Source: a virus
Lineage: Duplodnaviria; Caudoviricetes
Virus record (IMG/VR): IMGVR_UViG_3300020021_000017
Coordinates: 1 to 54,925 of that record
Reading direction: 5' to 3' (one strand)
DNA length: 54,925 nucleotides
Within the stretch, counting starts at the first letter, position 1, and each line of letters opens with the position of its first letter. Made by a program: the position numbers and the translations under genes. This document shows positions 18,364-27,049 of this stretch, one piece after another. The notes under the pieces were generated by a model. That model was given only the letters and a program-made list of their open reading frames with translations, had not been told where the DNA came from and ran no database searches.

Positions 18364-20432
18364 TGAGACCAAAAAATCCTAAATTTATTTGTGTAGATTG
18401 TGAAACAACAGGATTAGACTGGACAAAAGATACCTTACATGGCTTTGCTTACGCTTATGAAGAAGGTGAAGCAATTTATGTTAATGTTTCAGATATACCT
18501 AATTATGTAAAAGAGGATTTGGAAAATTCCGCTATTTCAGTTATTGGTCATAATCTGCATGCGTTTGATGCAAAGTTTCTATTTGCCATAGGGATTAAGA
18601 TACAAGGCAAAATGATTGAAAATATGGGTATTTGGCAATTATTGGATGACACTACTCCTTTAGGTTTGAAATTCTTGTCTGAAAAGCATATTGGTCTTGA
18701 ATCATTGGAACGTAAAAGGCTTCTGGATGACACTATTAAAAAAGCAGGAGTTTCTAATATTGCTGGGCTATGTGCCAAAGATTTACTTGATGCTTCTCAT
18801 CCATATCTAAAAGTAATTGGCGATTATTGTGAAGAAGATTGTAATAATACTTTACACCTGGCACTTCTAGGCATGGAAAAACTTAAAGAATTAGATAAGA
18901 AACTTAAAGAAAAATATAGGGTTACTAAAACTCCTCTTGATTACTTCCGAGAAGAATTCACTCCTCTTGAGAGTGTTCTGTTTAAAATTGAGACTGAGGG
19001 GTTTCGAGTTAATTTGGCTGTCATTGAGAAGTTGAGGGCAAGTGCCGAGATCAAACGGGATGAGTTGACTGCGCGCCTTAATAAGGGCTTTAAAGAGCAA
19101 ATTGCAATTATTGAAGATAAGCTGTACCAGTCAGCCCTGCTTAAACTAGTGATGCCTGCTGCAAAAGCTAAACGTATAAAAGGAGAAGGTAAATTAGCTT
19201 TTAGTTGGGAGAATGCTAATCACGTAGCAATCCTATTCTTCGAGCATACTAATTTCCCAGAGGAATTCATCCGTAGGACCGCTAGAGGTAGTTATGCTAC
19301 TGATAAGACTTATATTAACGGGCTAATGCAGTCATTACCCAAAGGGCACATTCTCCTAAAAGCAATTCCTATCTATGCAAAATATAAGTTAAATCAAAAG
19401 GTACTCACTACTTATACAGGAGATTCTGAAAAGGGTATTTATTCGAAAATCAGAAAAGGTGAGGACGGTAATCATTACATTTATCCTACTTTTCGGCAGA
19501 CAACTACTACTGGAAGATTGGCGTGCAAATCTCCAAACATGCAGAATATTCCACGAAACTCTCCCATTAAAGAATTATTCATACCTACTCAAGAGGGTAA
19601 TGTGTTTGATCATTTCGATTATAGCCAGATAGAATTAAGGATTGCGGGGCATTTGGCTAATGACAAAGATATCATTGCTGCGTATATTAATGGTGATGAT
19701 GTACATAAACAAACAGCAGCCACACTTTTTGAAATACCTATTACGGAAGTCACAGATATTCAAAGACAAGTTGGTAAAACATCTAATTTTTTAACGATTT
19801 ATAAAGGAGGTGCTTATAGATTGCAGGAAAGTCTCAGACAGCCAAATGGCTCATATCCGGGGCTCGAGTTTAGTAAAGAAGAGTGCCAAGAGTTTATTGA
19901 TAAATTCTTTGAACGCTATCCTGATCTTACTAAGTACCTCGCAAATGTACTCGTATTTGTTAGGAAAAACAGGTTTGTAATTAGCGAAGTGGGACGTATT
20001 CGAAGGTTAAGTGATATTGCTTTTGGTGATGAAGGCAACCTTAATTACAAAACTAAACGGTTTGGTGGTACACAACAACAAAGACAATTAATTATACAAG
20101 ACTTCAAAACAAAGAGTATACCAAATCCTTCTGAAGATGATATTTTCTGGGCCGCGCACAAGCGCTATAATCATGCAGTTAAGCAAGCATTTAACTTCCC
20201 AGATCAATCCTTATCTGCTAGTATAATTAAGCGCGCAATGATTAAGTTACATGCTGATGGTATTTCAATTCGTAATCAAGTGCATGACTCATTAGATATT
20301 GAGAGAGAAGAGAAGTTTACCAGTAAAACAGATTATGTACGGCATGTAATGGAAACTATCTATCCTTGCAGGCTTCCAATTAAAGTAGATTTTAAGACAC
20401 TTAGGAGTTTCAGTGAAGAAGATAAAGCCTAA
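18363..20432 (+). CDS. polA: DNA polymerase family A with 3'-5' exonuclease
   Basis: Exo motifs DCETTG, HN..FD, YCEED; TTTGRL..PNMQNIP; motif A DYSQIELR; motif B RQVGKTSNF...Y; motif C VHDS. Confidence 0.95.
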   Translation: MRPKNPKFICVDCETTGLDWTKDTLHGFAYAYEEGEAIYVNVSDIPNYVKEDLENSAISVIGHNLHAFDAKFLFAIGIKIQGKMIENMGIWQLLDDTTPLGLKFLSEKHIGLESLERKRLLDDTIKKAGVSNIAGLCAKDLLDASHPYLKVIGDYCEEDCNNTLHLALLGMEKLKELDKKLKEKYRVTKTPLDYFREEFTPLESVLFKIETEGFRVNLAVIEKLRASAEIKRDELTARLNKGFKEQIAIIEDKLYQSALLKLVMPAAKAKRIKGEGKLAFSWENANHVAILFFEHTNFPEEFIRRTARGSYATDKTYINGLMQSLPKGHILLKAIPIYAKYKLNQKVLTTYTGDSEKGIYSKIRKGEDGNHYIYPTFRQTTTTGRLACKSPNMQNIPRNSPIKELFIPTQEGNVFDHFDYSQIELRIAGHLANDKDIIAAYINGDDVHKQTAATLFEIPITEVTDIQRQVGKTSNFLTIYKGGAYRLQESLRQPNGSYPGLEFSKEECQEFIDKFFERYPDLTKYLANVLVFVRKNRFVISEVGRIRRLSDIAFGDEGNLNYKTKRFGGTQQQRQLIIQDFKTKSIPNPSEDDIFWAAHKRYNHAVKQAFNFPDQSLSASIIKRAMIKLHADGISIRNQVHDSLDIEREEKFTSKTDYVRHVMETIYPCRLPIKVDFKTLRSFSEEDKA

Positions 20433-20754
20433 AAAGAAGAGAGTTTCGAAGTATCCTTGGTACTACAAGTATCTATTTGCGGCTGCCCGTAAAACCTTTA
20501 GGTGGTCTCCAGCCAAGAGAAATGCCGTGAAACGTGCATTTGGTAAGTGTGAACTTTGTGAGCAATACGCCGATAAACTAGTTGTAGATCACATCCGTCC
20601 TGTAGTAGATCCTGAAACGGGCTTCACAACTTGGGATTCTTATTACACAAGATTATTCGTTCCTGAGAGCGAAGTGCAGGCTATCTGCAGTCCGTGTCAT
20701 AAACTGAAAACTAAAACAGAAGCCAAGATACGTGCTGGGGTTCGTAATGCTTGA
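20413..20754 (+). CDS. HNH endonuclease
   Basis: CELC...VDHI...ICSPCHKLKT. Confidence 0.8.
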   Translation: MKKIKPKKKRVSKYPWYYKYLFAAARKTFRWSPAKRNAVKRAFGKCELCEQYADKLVVDHIRPVVDPETGFTTWDSYYTRLFVPESEVQAICSPCHKLKTKTEAKIRAGVRNA

Positions 20755-21004
20755 TATTGTAAACAGCATTTTCAACATCTTTAGTACTTTTGCAATTCTC
20801 GCTAGTTGCTATGGAATATATAAAGCTAAAAAAGTACATAAACAAAGCATTATTACAACTCTTTTTTTTGTTTCTTATGGAGCTTGGAATATTTATTATT
20901 TCTATATTTTAAAGCAGCATTTTAGTATGTATTGTGTCATGGTGACTTTAGCAGCTAATTTGTTATGGACCGGTCTGATTATAAAATATTGGAAGAATGC
21001 ATAA
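20747..21004 (+). CDS. Three-TM membrane protein, PQ-loop/SemiSWEET-like
   Basis: About 85 aa with three hydrophobic helices; IYKAKKV..S, W.IYY and N in TM3. Confidence 0.55.
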   Translation: MLDIVNSIFNIFSTFAILASCYGIYKAKKVHKQSIITTLFFVSYGAWNIYYFYILKQHFSMYCVMVTLAANLLWTGLIIKYWKNA

Positions 21005-21006
21005 TT

Positions 21007-21759
21007 ATGAGTAAAAAAGCAAAAGTAATCTTGTTTGATATTGAGAATAGCCCGATAACGTCTTATACCTGGGCGATGTTTGATACCAATGTAATTGATA
21101 TTAAGAAAGATTGGGAGCTCTTGAGTTTTAGTTATAAAGAATTGGGACAAAAGAAAGCAACGTGCATAACTAGATTAGATTTTGTTGATCCTACCGATAA
21201 ATCTCTTACTAAAGCTCTATGGGATGTTTTAAACGGGGCGGACATTCTTATAGCACATAATGCCAATGAGTTTGATGTTAAGAAAGCTAATGCTAAGTTT
21301 TTGGAATGGAAATTAGGCCCCGTTTCTCCATCACACGTCATTGATACATTGAAGATTGCTCGTAGATATTTCAAATTGTCAAGTAATAAACTTGACGAGT
21401 TAGGTAAGATTCTTAAAGTTGGTAGAAAAGTTAAGCACGAAGGATTCAGTTTGTGGCTAAAATGCATGGCTTCTGATGAAAAAGCCTTTAAGAAAATGGC
21501 TCGATATAATAACGAAGATGTGCAGTTGTTAGAGAGAGTTTATTTGAAGCTTCGTCCCTGGATGCAAGCGCATCCCAATTTGGGACAAATTGAACAAGAG
21601 TTTAGTAGCTGCCCAAAGTGTAAATCCACTAAATTAGTTAAGCGAGGATTTGGTTATACCAAAACTACTACTTATCAGCGGTACTTTTGTACTAGTTGTA
21701 AGGGATGGTGTAAAGGCGCAACTATTAAGGGTTTGAAACCAGAATTTACAGGAGTTTAA
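21007..21759 (+). CDS. DEDD / RNase H-like 3'-5' exonuclease with C-terminal Zn ribbon
   Basis: FDIE, AHNANEFD, IDTL, YNNEDV, CPKC...CTSC. Confidence 0.85.
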   Translation: MSKKAKVILFDIENSPITSYTWAMFDTNVIDIKKDWELLSFSYKELGQKKATCITRLDFVDPTDKSLTKALWDVLNGADILIAHNANEFDVKKANAKFLEWKLGPVSPSHVIDTLKIARRYFKLSSNKLDELGKILKVGRKVKHEGFSLWLKCMASDEKAFKKMARYNNEDVQLLERVYLKLRPWMQAHPNLGQIEQEFSSCPKCKSTKLVKRGFGYTKTTTYQRYFCTSCKGWCKGATIKGLKPEFTGV

Positions 21760-21760
21760 T

Positions 21761-22003
21761 GTGACTAGGATAAAAATGGGCGACATTGTTCGCATCATCT
21801 TTAATGACCATGCACAGGGTTCCGGGTATGCCCCGGGGGTATTACAATTTGAATGTTTTGGTAGGATTGCGGGGATTACTAAGACACACTTTGATGTATG
21901 TACTTGGGGGTATTTACCTGGTCATTTACAAGAAGCTGATGACAATTGTGACTTTACTCATATCGTTCGTGGAGCTATTATTTCGATAAAGGTTTTGAAA
22001 TAA
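21761..22003 (+). CDS. Hypothetical protein
   Basis: GGAG RBS; IVRIIFNDH...G...IVRGAIISIKVL. Confidence 0.6.
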   Translation: MTRIKMGDIVRIIFNDHAQGSGYAPGVLQFECFGRIAGITKTHFDVCTWGYLPGHLQEADDNCDFTHIVRGAIISIKVLK

Positions 22004-22157
22004 CTCGCATTGTTTTCTTCAATTCGGAACGAGTTCTCCTTCTACTAACTTCTCCCATCTGCACAGGTTCTTTCACGCCCGAAATAAACAAATAAACAAG
22101 TGATGATAAGAAAAAAGCTACGAATGCTATTACGATACTCATTTATTTCACACAAAT

Positions 22158-22238
22158 GAAAAAGGCCTCCTTTTGGAAGCCCTGCTTGGGGAGAGTAAGA
22201 TTTTGCTCTGTGAGCCCCTACTCCCCCCTAATTTTGTA
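22158..22238 (-). ncRNA. Candidate ~80-nt sRNA (13-bp stem plus intrinsic terminator)
   Basis: TTGACA-18-TAGTAT promoter at 22275-22246; G-U-containing stem; GGGCTTCC-AAAA-GGAGGCCT-TTTT terminator. Confidence 0.55.
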
Positions 22239-22346
22239 TATCTTTATACTAACGTAATATAAGGTCATTTGTCAAGTAATAATAAGCATTTAATTTAACT
22301 TGCAAATTGCAACTTCTTGTGTAATTATGGAAAAAGGAGGTGTTCT

Positions 22347-22886
22347 TTGAGCGTCATTACGTCAAATCGAAAAATAGTGTTTTCTGGAAGCATTAATGAA
22401 GAATCAACAGCCGAACTGATAGCCGCCCTGCTTTCTATGAATTGCTACACAGATGAAGAAGTAACACTAATCATCAATAGTGGTGGTGGGCATTTAGATG
22501 ATGGTATAGGTATATATGATTGTATCCGCTCCCTTCCATATAAAACTCATGGTATAGTGTTTGGGCAAGCTAGTTCTGCAGCAGTATTGATATTGCAAGC
22601 ATGTACTATGAGAACAATAGGTGAGAATTCTATTATTATGGTACATGCAGGTTCCGTAGGTATCGATGCTAGACATCCTGAGGAAACATTTAAACAAGTA
22701 AAGACTTCCGTAGATATGGTAAGAAGAACAACGAAAATCCTTGCTTTAGCTTGTGGTATTGATGTAAAATTAATGAGTAGAAGAATGAGATTCGGATCTT
22801 CTTATGTTGGACAAAAGGCTGTTGATGCGGGGTTTGTAGACAATGTACTTAAAATAGGAGATTTATACCGTGGAATTAAAGTTTAA
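22347..22886 (+). CDS. ClpP-like serine protease subunit
   Basis: INSGGG, GQASSAA (Ser), IMVH (His), A..GFVD; AGGAGG RBS with TTG start. Confidence 0.85.
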   Translation: MSVITSNRKIVFSGSINEESTAELIAALLSMNCYTDEEVTLIINSGGGHLDDGIGIYDCIRSLPYKTHGIVFGQASSAAVLILQACTMRTIGENSIIMVHAGSVGIDARHPEETFKQVKTSVDMVRRTTKILALACGIDVKLMSRRMRFGSSYVGQKAVDAGFVDNVLKIGDLYRGIKV

Positions 22887-23283
22887 AAGAATTACAATCG
22901 GATCACGATTACCCGATTATCGACAAGAAGGTAATGGTGGATTGGATCTTACTGTTGCTTCACGATCAATTGGGCTTAACTTTGTAGAATATGGATTCGG
23001 AGTAGCTGTTGAGATCCCAGTGGGTTATGTTGGATTTTTGGTACCAAAAGCGTCCATCTCTGACACAAACCTGTATTTAGCCAATTCGGTTGGAATTATC
23101 GATAGTAACTTTAAGGGAGAATTGAAAGCTAGATTCAAACGAGATGGTGGAAGTCCAAAGTTTCCTTCGATTGGCGACAAGATTGTTCAGTTAGTTGTAT
23201 TGCCTATTCCTCAAATGGAACCTTCGTGGGTTGAAAACCTCACGCATTCTGAGCGTGAAGCGCTAGAAAATAAAGAAGAGTAG
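22870..23283 (+). CDS. Trimeric dUTPase-like protein with degenerate motifs
   Basis: GLDL, GIIDSNFKGE and GDKIVQL present; motif V absent. Confidence 0.8.
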   Translation: MELKFKRITIGSRLPDYRQEGNGGLDLTVASRSIGLNFVEYGFGVAVEIPVGYVGFLVPKASISDTNLYLANSVGIIDSNFKGELKARFKRDGGSPKFPSIGDKIVQLVVLPIPQMEPSWVENLTHSEREALENKEE

Positions 23284-23284
23284 T

Positions 23285-23836
23285 ATGACAATTCAAGAGA
23301 TACAAGTAAAAGAACGTAAACAAGCAGCGTTGAAAGTTATTTCATTATTGAAATCATTACGTAAACGTAAAGTTGGCAAGAAGTACTATAGAACTCTAGC
23401 TATCCTAGCCAATTCTATAAAGAGTTCTGGTACTTATCATTCTTGGGGCGATGGGTTCCAGTACTTTAATGAAGTTGAGGATGCGGCTTATGAGATCGGT
23501 GAGTTTTGCAAAACCTGGGGACGAATCTTTATAACTCAAACCAAAGAGAAGTTCGGTACTGCTCGGGTATATTGTTACTTTGCATATCCGAGTTTACACG
23601 GACTGATTTGGCCTGGATACTATTGCAAACGACCTAATTACCCACAATGGCTTTGGTCCGCAGATATCTATTATCTTAGTAAGATTTTTGCAGTTATTAG
23701 CCGATTGATTGGATTTAATAAGTACCAGACGTTTATCTACCGCTTGGCTTACAAGCGAGCTTTGGCGAAGTATCCTATGATTCGAAATGAGATTTTAGCA
23801 GGGGCCGATCATGGGGAGCTGCTTAAAGATTTGTAG
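23285..23836 (+). CDS. Conserved phage hypothetical protein
   Basis: ITQTKEKFGTARVY (Q.KEKFG..R.Y family). Confidence 0.7.
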   Translation: MTIQEIQVKERKQAALKVISLLKSLRKRKVGKKYYRTLAILANSIKSSGTYHSWGDGFQYFNEVEDAAYEIGEFCKTWGRIFITQTKEKFGTARVYCYFAYPSLHGLIWPGYYCKRPNYPQWLWSADIYYLSKIFAVISRLIGFNKYQTFIYRLAYKRALAKYPMIRNEILAGADHGELLKDL

Positions 23837-23929
23837 TGCTAAAATTAGGATCGAACAATGAGAATTGCAGAACGTATAGTACTCTTTATCAGTTATGTAT
23901 GCTGGACTATAGTTATAATACTATTTATA

Positions 23930-24361
23930 TTAAGCTATCTCAAATAAAGCTTTTTCAGCTAATCTTCGTTTCAATAATCCAGCATTTGCGATACCATTAA
24001 TATGAGACCACTTGACGAACTCTTGGGCAGCAGAGCCAAAAGCTCCGTTGTTTACGTCAGCCAGTAAAGTACTTCGTCCTAAGTTCCCAATGCCAATGTT
24101 AAAAGCTAGGGAAACCAAAGCCGCAAACTGATTATCATTTACATTTGACTTGATAGCGTCATCGACTTGTTGCTCTGCATTTGTTAGGTCCTGAACTAGG
24201 AAAGCTTCTGCCTGATCTTGCGTAATAGAATCCCCATCACATACGCTGTGAGTATGACCATACCCAATAGTCCAAACACCGCCCTGGTCTTGATACGCGT
24301 CTAATCTACACCCTTCAAAGTGCTCAATGAGAGCCATTCCCGCTGAATTAATCTGTCTCAT
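23930..24361 (-). CDS. Endolysin, GH24 lysozyme
   Basis: FEG.RL.AYQD..GVWTIGYGHT, FAALVS.AFNIG, GL..RR..E..LF. Confidence 0.95.
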   Translation of the reverse strand: MRQINSAGMALIEHFEGCRLDAYQDQGGVWTIGYGHTHSVCDGDSITQDQAEAFLVQDLTNAEQQVDDAIKSNVNDNQFAALVSLAFNIGIGNLGRSTLLADVNNGAFGSAAQEFVKWSHINGIANAGLLKRRLAEKALFEIA

Positions 24362-24945
24362 TATTTTTCAACCAAGCAATAAAGTAGCATTGCAGTAACC
24401 ATTCCACCTAAATGAGCAGCAAATGCTGTCCCAGTGGGCATTACAATAGCTGTACAAGTTGCAATGTATTGTGACATAAACAAAAACGCCATGAATAGAA
24501 TACTAAGTACTCTTACTATCTTATTCTCTTTGCAAGAAAGCAGGGCGTAAAATACACAGCCGCTTATAGCCACAGAACTACCGAGTAATTCAGTCCACCC
24601 AAACAGGCTGGGAGTAATCATGAAGAATAGAGAGCCACATACCCCCGTAATAAACCATATTGCAAGGAACTTTAGGGAACCTATTTTACGCTCTAAATAG
24701 ATGCATAAGGGACCGCCAAATACGAAATTTCCAGTTAAGTGTATGAAGCCAGAATGAGCAAACATATGAGTGATCATATGTAGTATACTAAGGACACCAA
24801 TACCATCTTCGTATTTAACTGCTAATTGGTCCATTAAGCCAGGATAAAATAAAGATGTTACGTATGCAATAGCACTAAGAAGGAACATTGAGAAGAACGC
24901 TATCGGGGAGTGTTTTGATGAAGGTCGTGGTTTTTTGCTTAACAT
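24361..24945 (-). CDS. Rhomboid-family intramembrane serine protease
   Basis: HMFAH...HL.GN, LE..IG, G-S-S (catalytic Ser), AHLGG (catalytic His); about 6 TM helices. Confidence 0.85.
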   Translation of the reverse strand: MLSKKPRPSSKHSPIAFFSMFLLSAIAYVTSLFYPGLMDQLAVKYEDGIGVLSILHMITHMFAHSGFIHLTGNFVFGGPLCIYLERKIGSLKFLAIWFITGVCGSLFFMITPSLFGWTELLGSSVAISGCVFYALLSCKENKIVRVLSILFMAFLFMSQYIATCTAIVMPTGTAFAAHLGGMVTAMLLYCLVEK

Positions 24946-24969
24946 TGATTATAAACCTTTAAGTCGTGG

Positions 24970-25179
24970 TTATGGAGTTATGTTATTATTGTCATTTCTA
25001 GAAATCATTATGTCTTGCGCAGACCTAGCCCCAGAAGCTCCAACACATATAAATGCAATAGAGCTAGCAGCTTCAGTATGACCCATCCACACACAAATAA
25101 GGATGCAAATCATACCGAGAGTAGCTATAAAGAAATGTTCGTAGGTTTTAAATGACATGTTAAGGTTTAATTTTGACAA
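24970..25179 (-). CDS. Putative holin (2 TM)
   Basis: Small protein with two hydrophobic helices in the lysis cassette. Confidence 0.55.
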   Translation of the reverse strand: MSKLNLNMSFKTYEHFFIATLGMICILICVWMGHTEAASSIAFICVGASGARSAQDIMISRNDNNNITP

Positions 25180-25387
25180 ATATTTCTACTATTGTAGCAA
25201 TAATAGCCAATAAAGACAATAGACTTAATGCGCCTGAAAATTTATAATGTAACTTTTCTAGAATGTCAAGTCTTTTCTCTAGCAATTCCGTGCGTTTCAT
25301 ATGCTCTTTAAGTAAGTTATTGTAAATAGAGAGTTTGTTGTCAATTTTGAGTAATTTGATTGATATACTAGTGTTGTTGGTTTCCAT
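25160..25387 (-). CDS. Coiled-coil plus C-terminal TM lysis-associated protein
   Basis: Architecture and position. Confidence 0.55.
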   Translation of the reverse strand: METNNTSISIKLLKIDNKLSIYNNLLKEHMKRTELLEKRLDILEKLHYKFSGALSLLSLLAIIATIVEIFVKIKP

Positions 25388-25397
25388 AAAGCACTAA

Positions 25398-26801
25398 TTA
25401 CTTACCCCTACTTCGTAGTAAATTGGAAAGCGCTAATGCTCTCATGAACTTACCTTTTTTATTCTTATCAACTAACCCACCATCGGCCATTGCATTACTA
25501 AAGTCACCTTTGGAAGTATCTTCCTGCATTCTGTCAGCTTCGTTAGCTGTTCGGCTCTCGGAAGCGTCTGCAATGCCAGTTTGGTATGCAAATTCATCTT
25601 CTGCATCTTCGTGGATATCTTGTTGCATATCTTCAATCATATCACCCATTGGATCTGAAGGCTCAAATACACCTCCACCTTGAGACATTTTCTGATGATG
25701 TGAAAGAGCAGCCATTTTCTTGGTCCCATATTTCTTTCGACCGATAGCCGCCGCTAATGCTGCGGGGTTAGTAACGCCTTTTTGGTGACTGAGATGACTC
25801 TCTAACTTAGCAAATCGTTTACCTGAGCCTAGTTTAGCTTCCCCACCCTTTGACATCATATCCATTTCATATTCTGAATCTATAGAAGGATCATCATGAA
25901 TCATTCCACCGTCTTTAAGGTAGTTATCCTTACAATCGATATCCCCATCTTCTGATTCTAGAGAATCGGATTCAGAAACAAACTCATTCTCGTTGTTTGC
26001 AATCCCGCCTTCAGACATCATTGAGGCTTCCGGCAATCTATGTTGAAGTGCTGGTTTAGCCTTACTAAGAATTTTTGTAGCAATCTTGCTATTTCCGCCA
26101 GCTTTGTGATGTGCAGCAACTTCGTCTAACGCTTTCTGGACCATACCGCCCTGTGCGTATCTTGGCTCAGAACCCATTTCCTCGTTGTAATTTTGGTGCA
26201 GTCCTACCGTATCATCGTCATCGTGCGGATTGGAAAGGTCATTATTCATGGCCTCTACCAACTCATTGTGATACTCCTTATCGGAGTTAACAATACCGCC
26301 GTCAGCGTATTTTACCAGGGGACTCTTTTTTGCATTCGTTCGTTTCATTTCTTCCTCAGACATTCCGTCCTGGTAACCAGGAGCATTAGAGTAATCAGTT
26401 ACTTTGCCGCCCTTTGCATAATTACTTTGAGATTCAAATCTTGTTTTCGTTTGAGAATCCGTTTTGGCCTTATCCGCAGTATTATTTCGGTTAGCTTTAG
26501 CTTGTGCTTGTTCAATAGTCTCAGCACCGCTGTAATCTTCTTTAAGTACTGGAGCAGGTCCACTACCTACTACATCACCAATTTGTCCGCCGATAACACC
26601 GCCAGTAGACATCCCACCCATACACATTGCACAACCTTCAGAATCAGTTATTGAACCGCCATGTGCTTTATGTGCAGCTTTATATGCATGAGCATTTGAC
26701 AGTGCTGCTGCTACTGCTTGATTTTGTGGGTGACCTGATGCAACCATTTCTTTGATATTCTGAGAAATGATTTTATGTGAACTACCTTTTTTGAGAGGCA
26801 T
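25398..26801 (-). CDS. Internal virion-like protein with ~10 xxxGGxV motifs
   Basis: MPLKKGSS...NI.E...G.P..QAVAAAL start; repeated YAKGGKV/YADGGIV/YAQGGMV/MADGGLV. Confidence 0.75.
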   Translation of the reverse strand: MPLKKGSSHKIISQNIKEMVASGHPQNQAVAAALSNAHAYKAAHKAHGGSITDSEGCAMCMGGMSTGGVIGGQIGDVVGSGPAPVLKEDYSGAETIEQAQAKANRNNTADKAKTDSQTKTRFESQSNYAKGGKVTDYSNAPGYQDGMSEEEMKRTNAKKSPLVKYADGGIVNSDKEYHNELVEAMNNDLSNPHDDDDTVGLHQNYNEEMGSEPRYAQGGMVQKALDEVAAHHKAGGNSKIATKILSKAKPALQHRLPEASMMSEGGIANNENEFVSESDSLESEDGDIDCKDNYLKDGGMIHDDPSIDSEYEMDMMSKGGEAKLGSGKRFAKLESHLSHQKGVTNPAALAAAIGRKKYGTKKMAALSHHQKMSQGGGVFEPSDPMGDMIEDMQQDIHEDAEDEFAYQTGIADASESRTANEADRMQEDTSKGDFSNAMADGGLVDKNKKGKFMRALALSNLLRSRGK

Positions 26802-26814
26802 TTGATCTTCCTTG

Positions 26815-27012
26815 TTACATAGAAATTACATGAGTGACAGGATTATATACTATTTTGTATATCTTATTATTTACAACTAAGTTAACTGGCCATTGTCCTT
26901 GGCTTACTTTAGATACTATCGGTGCCCCGCCTGGCAATATGATAGTTCCTGCAATCACTGCTGCTAAAAAATTCTGTATAGCTATAGATACAAGTATTTG
27001 TGCCGGAGTCAT
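26815..27012 (-). CDS. Small hypothetical protein
   Basis: AAGGA RBS. Confidence 0.55.
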   Translation of the reverse strand: MTPAQILVSIAIQNFLAAVIAGTIILPGGAPIVSKVSQGQWPVNLVVNNKIYKIVYNPVTHVISM

Positions 27013-27049
27013 GTTGTGTCCTTTGAAGAATACTAATTAATGAAAATAA

